From an uncultured Candidatus Poseidoniales archaeon (GTDB lineage: Archaea; Thermoplasmatota; Poseidoniia; Poseidoniales; Thalassarchaeaceae): a stretch of DNA of 35,216 nucleotides. The DNA lies in the NCBI GenBank assembly GCA_964342715.1, contig CAYFGD010000003.1, positions 1-35,216 of the forward strand, given 5' to 3'. The position numbers and the translations under genes were made by a program. Under the pieces are notes generated by a model. It made no database searches and had not been told where the DNA came from. It was given only the letters and a program-made list of their open reading frames with translations. Positions within the stretch are counted from its first letter, which is position 1; each line of letters opens with the position of its first letter. Shown in pieces: positions 27,317-35,216 of the stretch.

Positions 27317-30300
27317 CCCTTCCCACACTCTCATTTTCTTCCTCCCACCAACCATCTGGAGTCTCGCCGAGATCGCCATCCGGCTCATCGTCGCCGCCTA
27401 AACGTCCCTCGAGGACACGGTCGCATTCGTCCGGATCGATGAAGACTAGAATCACTACGGTGAATAGGGTCAATGCCGCTCCCAAGTAAAGTGCTGAGAT
27501 GTAGTCAAAAATCTCAACCATTCTGCCGGTGAATTGGTATGCAATTACTGCGGAGAGATTGAACATCGACATATATGCTGTGAACTGGGTTCCTCCTGCC
27601 TTGCTGTAAGTGAGTCTCATCGAAACCGAGATGATACAAATCCATGCAAGGCCACTAATTATGGCCCTTAAACAAAGATAAACGGTCATTATTCCGGTAT
27701 TGGTCCAATAAGGCTCAAGCATTGCGAGGCCAGCATTCCCAAGAGCAAGTAGAGTGAATCCTACCATTGCAACTTCCCTTACTCCAAACCTATCGCCCAG
27801 GAAACCGCCCAGTATCTGCCCCGCCATAAGGAAGAGAATCACAATTCCTCCCATGATTCCGTTGTACTTCGTCTGTGTCCATCCTGCCTCATTGATGAAG
27901 ATATCAACCACTATCGGATCGACGAAGACGTACATCTCAGAAAGGAGGCAGAGGAATATGAGCAAGAAAGAGGACCTGAGAGAGAACCCCTTGACTATAT
28001 TGTAGGCAGGAACTGCAAGTCCAGACCTAGCCTGACCGCCCAGGGGGTTCGATATACGGAAGTCGGAAACGGCTGGCAAAAGGAATTTTCCAATCGCTAT
28101 TCCCGACATTGATAGCAAGAAGGCGTACCATCCCACTTTCTTTAGTGGTGAGGCTACGGTGTCGAATGAGTCCACGCCCGAAACGAGGTAGATTATTCCC
28201 AATGCGCCTCCAATAAGCATCACTACTATGCTTGCCCATAGGAGTGCAGCGATACCCTGTATCTGGTCCCCATACAGGTTTCCGGAGACCCAGCTGGCGA
28301 CTCTGAAATCATCTTCGTGATCATCTTCCCACGGGAGAGCCTCTTCGGCTTCCCACAGATTCTCCTGGGAGGCGTCAGAGTCGTCATAATTATCTTGCCC
28401 GGGAGAGGACCTCTGCCATGGGAACAAGCGATCACTAGGCCTCTCTCTAAGGAAGAGGGGTAGACACATTATCAGGGCCAGAAGAGGGAGTTGGACCATA
28501 ATTGCGGCTTTAATGCCAAAGTCCAATACTAGCATTCCGACCACTGCTCCTCCAATTATTATCCCACCCCTCTTTGCTGCGAACATGAAGCCGTTAGCCT
28601 TCGCAACCTCGTCGGGCTGGAGAACGTCGACTGCCAAGGCGTCCACGCTCACATCTTGTAGTGACGAGAACAGGTTGTGTACGAATAACATCAGGGTCAC
28701 GAGTTCTATTGATGCATTCAGATCGGGTACGAAAAGTAATGCACCCAAAGTAACAATCATTCCAGTCTGAGCAAAGAGGATCCAAGGCCTCCTTAGTCCG
28801 TAAGAAGGGAACTGGACTGCATCGACCACTGGCCCCCAAATGAACTTGAAAGTCCAAGGTAGTGCTATGGTTGCAAATAGGGCAGCTATCTGCTCCGGAG
28901 ACGCTCCGTTAGCAACCAGGAAGGCGACGAATGTCACCGAGGTGAATCCTGCAGGCAGGCCCTGGGCAGTGTAGAGTATGGAGAGAGAGACGTACCTTCT
29001 GAATTGGTTCTCAACCAGAGACTTGCCATCGTTCCAGGAATCCCTAGCTGAGTTCCACCTGCCTGGAATTAGACGGGGGTCAATTGCTGAACCGACTTTA
29101 CTTGCAATGGTGTAGATGCCCATATGTTCCGATACGACGAGTTCGTCTTTACCTCTGATCTTTGAAATCCAACGCTCCCTTACCGAAACGAAGCCGATAA
29201 GTGCAACTGAAGCTATGAATGGAATCCAGAATATTGAGCTGCTCAATTTTGTTAATTGCCCCGAGGAACTACCCGAGGCCTCTCCATCGATGAGTATGAC
29301 TCTTCTGGAATCAATGGGGGAGATACTGTTCTCTGAAGCGACTAGGCGTGCGTAAATTGTGGAGTTGCCAGACTTTTCATGCGGATCTAGCTTGACTCTC
29401 CACTGTCCCCAGTCGCCGGAAATGTCTGCTGCCCCCTTCCACTCGCCACCTCCAACGCGAACCTGCACTAGGCCCATTCCCGGTGCCACTCCTGATGCAG
29501 TTCCTGAGATATACGACTCGTTTCCTATATGCTGCAGAGTTTCTACATACATGCTAACATTGAGTGATCTGTCGATGCTGCCTGCTGCCTCGACAAACGC
29601 TAGTGGGTCGGCCTGACCGAACCCGAACTCGTTGTCCGGGCGAGTCTCCAAGATGCTGCAGTCATTGAATCCAGGGTCATCCAGCAACTGGAGATCCCTC
29701 TCGATGGAGTGTGCAGAGATGATGTCCTTGAACTCAGAGGGGGTGATGTCAGGATTGGCCTCGACCATCAGGGCGGCTATGCCTGCCATCAAGGGGGTAG
29801 CCATGCTAGTTCCCGACTTGCTGGTATATCCATCGCTAGTCGCAGCGTCTGGAGCCATGATGCTGGAGCCTATGGTAGCGACGTCTGGCTTGACCCTGCC
29901 ATCTGATGTGTACCCTCGACTGCTGTAAATAGCTAGGGCGAGATCCTTGTCCAAGCTCGCCACTGTTACTGGAAGATTTGCATCGCCTGGACTGTCTATC
30001 GTGTTACATCCGGCAAATGTTGCACCTCCGAACTCATTACCTGCTGACAGTGTGGTGATTATTCCAGCCTCCACCACGGCATCCATCTGTCTGCTCCAAG
30101 CTGAGCTTCCGTCGTTGTCGAAGTGTATCTCCAACTGCTGCTCGCCAAGAGATGAAGTGACTATGTCGATGCCATACTTGTCCTTGTTATCTATGGCCCA
30201 CTGGGCCCCTTGAATGACGTCCTCTATGTCCCCATCACAACATGCTAACAAATTGATCAGGAATGCTCCGGGAGCGGCTCCCACATATCTGAGGCCTGTG

Positions 30301-31130
30301 GTTGGTTCTGTCTGCCCTCCCCCTGTCCCAGCGGCTATCCCTGCCACGTGACTCCCATGAGTTCCTGAGTCGTAAGATGTGGAAGGGTCCTGCTCTGAAT
30401 CTGTGAAAACGGAATCGAAGAATGCAATAATCTTGGGATCACAATCAATCGGGATTGGATTGGGATTGGTTGGGTCCGGATCTGGCTGATCGCATCCCAT
30501 AGTGAATGGCTCATCATCCATGTCGTTGAGGCCCTCGTGATCCCCCCTAACCCCTGTATCGAGGATAGCAATGACTGAACCCGTGCCGTCGAACCCGAAG
30601 TCGTTCCACACCTGGTCAACTCCCATGTTTGGAGCAGCCTCGTGCATGTTCGCCTCTGCAAGACCGAGGTCCTCGATCATGACCACTCCTGGAAGGGAAA
30701 GTATGCCATTACCAGAAAGTATCGAGGCGAAGGGCGCTGTTGCTATTACGGCGTCGAGGTATTTCGGCCTGAAGGTGGTCGTCACCCCCAGTTCCTCGAG
30801 AGCTGAAACGTCTGCATCAGTTGGGTGGTGATTGTAGTCAACGAAGATCCTGGCGCTCCCCTCTGGGGCCCTCCTCCACCATTCTTGCTGAACCTGTTCT
30901 GGTTGTTGCAATAACCACTCAAGTCGGTCGTCGATTGAATCTGAGTCCTTGTCCCTGCTCCAGTGTAGCCACCACTCAGCGTGCAATTCGGACTCTGCGC
31001 TAGGAGCCCATTTACCATCCGCATCCAATCCTCCCTTTCCATGCTCGACTGGTGAAATCGATGATGAGGCAAGTGGGATGATGAATAGCAGCACCAGAGC
31101 TGATGCTATCGCTGACGAACGCCCCACCAT
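27300..31130 (-). CDS. Fusion protein: secreted subtilisin-like S8 serine protease + AmpG-family MFS transporter
   Basis: Signal peptide and propeptide, S8 triad ILDTG (D191), HGSHVAG (H258), GTSMATP (S442), oxyanion AGN (N365). Then an Ig-like domain and a TM helix (~633-650). From ~aa 712, AmpG-like motifs LYTAQGLP, LPWTFKFIWGPVVD, RRPWIL, QDVSVDALA, GGFLGDRFG, GTQFTAYMS. Confidence 0.9.
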   Translation of the reverse strand: MVGRSSAIASALVLLFIIPLASSSISPVEHGKGGLDADGKWAPSAESELHAEWWLHWSRDKDSDSIDDRLEWLLQQPEQVQQEWWRRAPEGSARIFVDYNHHPTDADVSALEELGVTTTFRPKYLDAVIATAPFASILSGNGILSLPGVVMIEDLGLAEANMHEAAPNMGVDQVWNDFGFDGTGSVIAILDTGVRGDHEGLNDMDDEPFTMGCDQPDPDPTNPNPIPIDCDPKIIAFFDSVFTDSEQDPSTSYDSGTHGSHVAGIAAGTGGGQTEPTTGLRYVGAAPGAFLINLLACCDGDIEDVIQGAQWAIDNKDKYGIDIVTSSLGEQQLEIHFDNDGSSAWSRQMDAVVEAGIITTLSAGNEFGGATFAGCNTIDSPGDANLPVTVASLDKDLALAIYSSRGYTSDGRVKPDVATIGSSIMAPDAATSDGYTSKSGTSMATPLMAGIAALMVEANPDITPSEFKDIISAHSIERDLQLLDDPGFNDCSILETRPDNEFGFGQADPLAFVEAAGSIDRSLNVSMYVETLQHIGNESYISGTASGVAPGMGLVQVRVGGGEWKGAADISGDWGQWRVKLDPHEKSGNSTIYARLVASENSISPIDSRRVILIDGEASGSSSGQLTKLSSSIFWIPFIASVALIGFVSVRERWISKIRGKDELVVSEHMGIYTIASKVGSAIDPRLIPGRWNSARDSWNDGKSLVENQFRRYVSLSILYTAQGLPAGFTSVTFVAFLVANGASPEQIAALFATIALPWTFKFIWGPVVDAVQFPSYGLRRPWILFAQTGMIVTLGALLFVPDLNASIELVTLMLFVHNLFSSLQDVSVDALAVDVLQPDEVAKANGFMFAAKRGGIIIGGAVVGMLVLDFGIKAAIMVQLPLLALIMCLPLFLRERPSDRLFPWQRSSPGQDNYDDSDASQENLWEAEEALPWEDDHEDDFRVASWVSGNLYGDQIQGIAALLWASIVVMLIGGALGIIYLVSGVDSFDTVASPLKKVGWYAFLLSMSGIAIGKFLLPAVSDFRISNPLGGQARSGLAVPAYNIVKGFSLRSSFLLIFLCLLSEMYVFVDPIVVDIFINEAGWTQTKYNGIMGGIVILFLMAGQILGGFLGDRFGVREVAMVGFTLLALGNAGLAMLEPYWTNTGIMTVYLCLRAIISGLAWICIISVSMRLTYSKAGGTQFTAYMSMFNLSAVIAYQFTGRMVEIFDYISALYLGAALTLFTVVILVFIDPDECDRVLEGRLGGDDEPDGDLGETPDGWWEEENESVGRDGVVS

Positions 31131-31167
31131 GGGTGGGGCGATGAATGGTCACGTTTATGGGTTCGGA

Positions 31168-32019
31168 CTAAAGTATCTGAAAGCCTTCATCCTCGTAATC
31201 CCAGTCTAATATATCCCAATCAGCCGATTTCAGTGATTTTCGGACGTCTTCGGTGGCTGAGGGGTGGCAAATCAACGCAGCGAAGCCTCCTCCTCCGGCA
31301 CCGACCGCTTTCCAAGAGGAGACCATCCCTGAGTCAACCATCAGTTCGAAGGTTTCTCTGAAAGGTTCGTGGATTCCTCGGTCTATGGCGTCGACGCCCT
31401 CTGAAGTCCTCCTCATTGAATCGACGATCAGATCTCTTCTATCCTGTTGAAGTCCTGTTGCCATGCCCCTAACAGCCGAACGGATGGCGTGCAAACCCTC
31501 GATTACATCCTTATCGCCCTCAGAATACCTGGACCATACGGGACCGTGGAGGTTTCCTGACTTCCTACTTATTCCGGAATTTACCAGCAATAGATGCTTG
31601 TGAAGCCATGCTCTGGACGATCTCATTGGCTCGAAGGGCATACGTTCAACTCTTTCACCGAAGAAGATTAGGTGGTTGAATCCCCCCAGGGCCGATGCCC
31701 ACTGATCCTGCCTGCCACCTAGGTTTCCTGCTCTTGCTTCGATTTGGTAAGCCCTCTCTGCGATATCCTCTGGCGTGTCATTAGGGGAAGAAAGGGCGGC
31801 TCTAGCTACGTTCATTGCGCCGCTAGATCCTAGTCCTGAACCGGAAGGGACTCCAAAGGAGAAACTCACTGAGGAGTCGTTTGATGTTGCCTTGACGTAT
31901 CTGTTAATGGTGAAATTGACTACCTCTCCACCGAAGTCTTCGGTATAGGGCGGAACGTCAGTCCACCCTCCAGCCAAGTCAACCCTGACTGGAGCAATGA
32001 CTTCCCTTTTCCCCTCCAT
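31168..32019 (-). CDS. GHMP-family sugar kinase (HddA / fucokinase-like)
   Basis: APVRVDLAGGWTD, PSGSGLGSSG, GGRQDQWASALGG, KAVGAGGGG. Start moved to ATG 32019. Confidence 0.85.
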   Translation of the reverse strand: MEGKREVIAPVRVDLAGGWTDVPPYTEDFGGEVVNFTINRYVKATSNDSSVSFSFGVPSGSGLGSSGAMNVARAALSSPNDTPEDIAERAYQIEARAGNLGGRQDQWASALGGFNHLIFFGERVERMPFEPMRSSRAWLHKHLLLVNSGISRKSGNLHGPVWSRYSEGDKDVIEGLHAIRSAVRGMATGLQQDRRDLIVDSMRRTSEGVDAIDRGIHEPFRETFELMVDSGMVSSWKAVGAGGGGFAALICHPSATEDVRKSLKSADWDILDWDYEDEGFQIL

Positions 32020-32109
32020 GTTTCGCCGCCAACGTAAGTGAATGAGAATGATTCGGTCCGCAGAAGTCATGACCGAAAATAAGGGGTATGAATGGCCCCT
32101 CCGGGGAAC

Positions 32110-32811
32110 ATGGATTCCGACGTGGCAACTGCGATCAAGGCATTCGCATCGGGTCGACCTGTGATGATTTTCGACTCAGATTTCAGGGAGAAAGAGACTG
32201 ATCTCCTTTGGCCGGCGACCGCTGCTACTCCAGAGGTCATGAGGAGGCTGAGGAAGGATTGCGGTGGCCTCCTCTTCCTGGCCATTGGGGATGAAGTGGG
32301 GGAGCTGTTTGGCCTGCCATGGCTTCAAGACATTCACACGCATGACTCTCTGGTAAAGGAAAATCCTGTGTTATCCAGGCTTGTTACCAACGACCTTCAG
32401 TATGATAGCAGGTCTGCATTCACACTGTCACTCAACCATCGTGAAACGTATACGGGAATTACCGATAGGGACAGGGCACTAACCACTCGAAGATTCGGTG
32501 AGCTTTCTGGGGAATTATTGGGGGGTGACGGTGATTCTGCAATGGATGCCCTCGGACGTGAGTTCAGAACTCCAGGGCACATCCCTCTCTGCCGTGAGTC
32601 TCCGGGAGGCCTCTCTACACGGCAGGGTCACACTGAATTGGCCGTTGCGATGGCTAGGCTTTCCGGCCAAGTTCCTTGCACCATTGGGGCAGAAATGCTT
32701 GAGCCGGAGGGCGATGGTGCACTATCATTGGATGGTGCTCGTGAATATGCATTAAAGCATGGAATCCCAATGATAACTGGTGACGATATACTGTCTTCTA
32801 TGGGGATATAA
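32110..32811 (+). CDS. ribB: 3,4-dihydroxy-2-butanone-4-phosphate synthase (archaeal type)
   Basis: FDSDFREKETDL, SAFTLSLNH, TGITDRDR, FRTPGH, RQGHTE. Alternative start at 32092. Confidence 0.93.
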   Translation: MDSDVATAIKAFASGRPVMIFDSDFREKETDLLWPATAATPEVMRRLRKDCGGLLFLAIGDEVGELFGLPWLQDIHTHDSLVKENPVLSRLVTNDLQYDSRSAFTLSLNHRETYTGITDRDRALTTRRFGELSGELLGGDGDSAMDALGREFRTPGHIPLCRESPGGLSTRQGHTELAVAMARLSGQVPCTIGAEMLEPEGDGALSLDGAREYALKHGIPMITGDDILSSMGI

Positions 32812-32849
32812 CAGGGCAATAACTAGACGTCGAGACAAGAGGGGGATGC

Positions 32850-33308
32850 ATGGCACGAGTGATGGCGGTCGGTGTTTTCGATCTCCTCCATGCCGGCCAT
32901 CTTCACTATCTAGAGCAGGCTAAATCACTGGGTGATGAATTGGTCGTAGTTGTAGCGCATGATGACACAGTTAGGGCTCAGAAGCATGAGCCTGTGACGA
33001 ATCAGGATCTGAGGTGCAGGATGGTAAAGGGTCTGAAGCCGGTTGATGACGCAATAGTTGGGAATCCCCCTGGGACTCCAATATTCGACATTCTCAAGGT
33101 TGTGAAGCCGGACGTGATCGCATTGGGATATGATCAGAAGCACTCTATCGACTCTGTAAGGAGCGGATTAGACGGTCACGGATACTCCAATGTCGGACTG
33201 ACAAGAGTTGAGGGGCTTTCAGATGACCTGGATGGAACGAGGAAAATCATCGCTAGGATTCTGGATCTTTGGCCGACCTCCGAAGGTGGGCCATACGAGG
33301 AGGACTAG
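32850..33308 (+). CDS. ribL: Archaeal FAD synthase (cytidylyltransferase family)
   Basis: VMAVGVFDLLHAGHLHYL, VVVVAHD, PDVIALGYDQ; position inside the rib operon. Confidence 0.88.
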   Translation: MARVMAVGVFDLLHAGHLHYLEQAKSLGDELVVVVAHDDTVRAQKHEPVTNQDLRCRMVKGLKPVDDAIVGNPPGTPIFDILKVVKPDVIALGYDQKHSIDSVRSGLDGHGYSNVGLTRVEGLSDDLDGTRKIIARILDLWPTSEGGPYEED

Positions 33309-33309
33309 A

Positions 33310-33912
33310 ATGTACACTGGGATAGTCGCAGGGGTCGCTCCGGTCTCCAATATTGAGCAGGGCGACAGTGTTCTGAAAATTACAATTGGCCTAGATGGTT
33401 TTGATGAAGGGATCAAGGTCGGCGCTAGCGTTTCCCTGGACGGTGTTTGCATGACAGTTGTCAGCATTAATGGGAGCAGTGTTAGCTTCGATGCGATAGA
33501 GGAGACCCTACGAAGGACCACACTCGGGAGCCTAAAAAAGGGAGATTTGGTGAATGTAGAGAGGTCACTTAAGGTTGGAGATGAGTTGGGAGGGCACATC
33601 TTGTCTGGGCATGTTATGAGCAAGGCGCGTATTATCGAGAAAATGGAAAGGGGAGAGGGTCTTGACTTGAGAATCGAGAGTCCGAGTGGGGCTTCACCTT
33701 ACATCCTTGAGAAGGGATTCATTGCAGTTGACGGGATGTCGCTGACCGTTGGAGAGGTTTCCGACAATTCGTTCAGCCTCCATATTATCCCCGAAACGAT
33801 CAGATCCACTACTATAGGAAGCAAGGGCGAGGGGGACATGGTGAACATAGAGATAGACTCCAGGACCCAAGCCGTTATTGACACTATTAGGAGAATGGAG
33901 GTCGAAGGATGA
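33310..33912 (+). CDS. ribE: Riboflavin synthase, bacterial/eukaryote-type (alpha chain)
   Basis: N-terminal MYTGIV, GASVSLDGVCMTV, VNVERSL, GGHILSGH, KGFIAVDGMSLT, VNIEID. Start at ATG 33310, 1 nt after the ribL stop. Confidence 0.93.
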   Translation: MYTGIVAGVAPVSNIEQGDSVLKITIGLDGFDEGIKVGASVSLDGVCMTVVSINGSSVSFDAIEETLRRTTLGSLKKGDLVNVERSLKVGDELGGHILSGHVMSKARIIEKMERGEGLDLRIESPSGASPYILEKGFIAVDGMSLTVGEVSDNSFSLHIIPETIRSTTIGSKGEGDMVNIEIDSRTQAVIDTIRRMEVEG

Positions 33913-34304
33913 GGATGGGGATAGTTTGTGGGTCATTCCACAAAGGTGAGGTCAGCAAGATGCTTGATTTCGCCATAGATGAAGCAGAGTCCAAGAAATG
34001 GGAGGTCGCTGAAACTGTGTGGGTCCCTGGTTCGATGGAGGCCCCCTTGGCCCTAGACAGATTGCTTCAACGGGAAGACATCCATGGAGCAGTGGTACTC
34101 GGCATAATTGAGAAGGGAGAAACTGACCATGGAATGGTGATGGGTCAATCCGTTACCAGGGCAGTAATTGAGTTGCAAATAAAGCACGGAAAGCCAATAG
34201 GACTGGGAATCATTGGTCCTGGGGCAGAGCCGGAACACATTGAGCCTCGACTGGAGCCACACGCCAGAGCAGCGGTTGGGGCGGTTGCCTCTATGGTGGA
34301 ATGA
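33909..34304 (+). CDS. ribH: 6,7-dimethyl-8-ribityllumazine synthase
   Basis: GIVCGSF, VPGSMEAP, LGIIEKGETDH, KPIGLGIIGPG. ATGA overlap with ribE. Confidence 0.9.
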   Translation: MRMGIVCGSFHKGEVSKMLDFAIDEAESKKWEVAETVWVPGSMEAPLALDRLLQREDIHGAVVLGIIEKGETDHGMVMGQSVTRAVIELQIKHGKPIGLGIIGPGAEPEHIEPRLEPHARAAVGAVASMVE

Positions 34305-34344
34305 CAGAGGTAGAGTTGAAGGACGTCCCTACATTGGGAGGCTC

Positions 34345-35216
34345 GTGGCCGAGGGTGTTCGCAACGTCATCATCATTGGGTCCGGGCCTGCCGGTTACAC
34401 TGCCGGACTGTACGCAGCTAGGGCACTTTTGGAACCACTGATGTTTGCTGGATACATGTCCGGAGGCCAACTGATGCTAACTTCCGATGTAGAGAACTTC
34501 CCCGGTTATCCATCGGGAGTCGGTGGGCCGGAGATGATGGTACATATGAGGGAGCAGGCAGAGAGATTCGGCCTCGAAGTCCATGATAGGAATGTGGAGA
34601 GGGTGGACTTCTCCAGCCGCCCTCACAAAGTTTGGGTCGAGGGCGAGGAGTTCAGAGCTGAGTCGGTAATCATCTGCACAGGTGCCGAGGCCATCTGGCT
34701 AGGGGCCGAGGGGGAGGAGGCCCAGAAGGGCAGAGGAATCTCCACATGTGCAACCTGCGATGGTGCGTTTTTCAGAGACGAGGAAGTCATAGTAGTAGGG
34801 GGCGGAGACTCTGCCATGGAAGAGGCCACGTTTCTTACCAGATTCGCGAGCAAGGTCACAATAATCCACAGAAGGGATGTTTTCCGGGCATCCAAAGTAA
34901 TGTATGAGCGTGCCGATGCCCATCCAAAGATCGAAATCAGAACTTTCAGGCAAGTGAAATCTTGGACTTCTGACGAAAATGGCCTAACTGGCGCGATACT
35001 GGAAGATCCTAGAGATGGGAGTGAGGAGGAGATTTCATGCAGTGGGGCGTTCATTGCCATAGGTCACAAACCAATCACCCAGTATCTCGAGAACCAGGTC
35101 GAGATGGACGACGAGGGGTACATACTGCATAAGTCGAATACTATGACCAGTGTGGAAGGCGTCTTCGCGGCGGGGGATGTTGTGGATACGAGATACAGAC
35201 AGGCCATTACGGCGGC
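34345..35216 (+). CDS. trxB: Thioredoxin-disulfide reductase (3' end runs off the window)
   Basis: Not in the ORF track. From GTG 34345 (GGGAGG upstream): IIIGSGPAGYTA, GGQL, VENFPGY, CATCDG, VVGGGDSAMEEA, IHRRD, GVFAAGDV. Confidence 0.96.
   Translation, partial: MAEGVRNVIIIGSGPAGYTAGLYAARALLEPLMFAGYMSGGQLMLTSDVENFPGYPSGVGGPEMMVHMREQAERFGLEVHDRNVERVDFSSRPHKVWVEGEEFRAESVIICTGAEAIWLGAEGEEAQKGRGISTCATCDGAFFRDEEVIVVGGGDSAMEEATFLTRFASKVTIIHRRDVFRASKVMYERADAHPKIEIRTFRQVKSWTSDENGLTGAILEDPRDGSEEEISCSGAFIAIGHKPITQYLENQVEMDDEGYILHKSNTMTSVEGVFAAGDVVDTRYRQAITA

Noticed and set aside
30451-30485. GGATT(G) low-complexity repeat
   Set aside because: Codes for the Pro-rich loop PDPDPTNPNPIP inside the S8 domain on the minus strand.
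33310-33912. Lumazine/antenna protein (LumP-like) instead of riboflavin synthase
   Set aside because: The catalytic-type residues (GAS, GVC, GGH..SGH) are retained and the gene sits in a biosynthetic rib operon.
33909-34304. Archaeal pentameric riboflavin synthase
   Set aside because: VPGS.E.P and GETDH are lumazine synthase motifs, and the DTTF-type N-terminus of the archaeal synthase is absent.
1-35216. CRISPR array, tRNA/rRNA, transposase, integrase or defence island
   Set aside because: No spaced repeats, no RNA-gene-sized structured gaps and no mobile-element or defence motifs were seen by eye; intergenic gaps are all under about 200 nt. A covariance-model scan would be needed to exclude small ncRNAs.

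Overview
Gene-dense, mostly housekeeping archaeal chromosome segment with about 32 CDS. TBP, archaeal SepF, archaeal-type RibB/RibL, TATA-like boxes before apparently leaderless genes, and many acidic membrane-anchored surface proteins point to a Thermoplasmatota archaeon, most likely Marine Group II / Poseidoniales (inference, not a database result). Recognisable genes are nadE (partial), ileS, cysS, mvk, tbp, sepF, bcp, nth, hppA, a ribB-ribL-ribE-ribH operon and trxB (partial). I saw no rRNA, tRNA, CRISPR array or mobile element. The most striking object is a single 1276-aa ORF (27300-31130, minus strand) that fuses a secreted subtilisin (S8) protease with an intact catalytic triad to a complete AmpG-family MFS transporter, a candidate one-polypeptide 'digest-and-import' machine. 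It is flanked on the same strand by a GHMP sugar kinase and an overlapping glutaredoxin. Other oddities are a TBP with a ~55-aa acidic insertion, an IleRS with a GIHH signature instead of HIGH, a surface-anchored lamin-tail/amidohydrolase, an HMA-DUF4396 fusion and a mosaic archaeal/bacterial riboflavin operon. Several start codons were moved downstream of the ORF-track starts; all calls come from motif recognition by eye.
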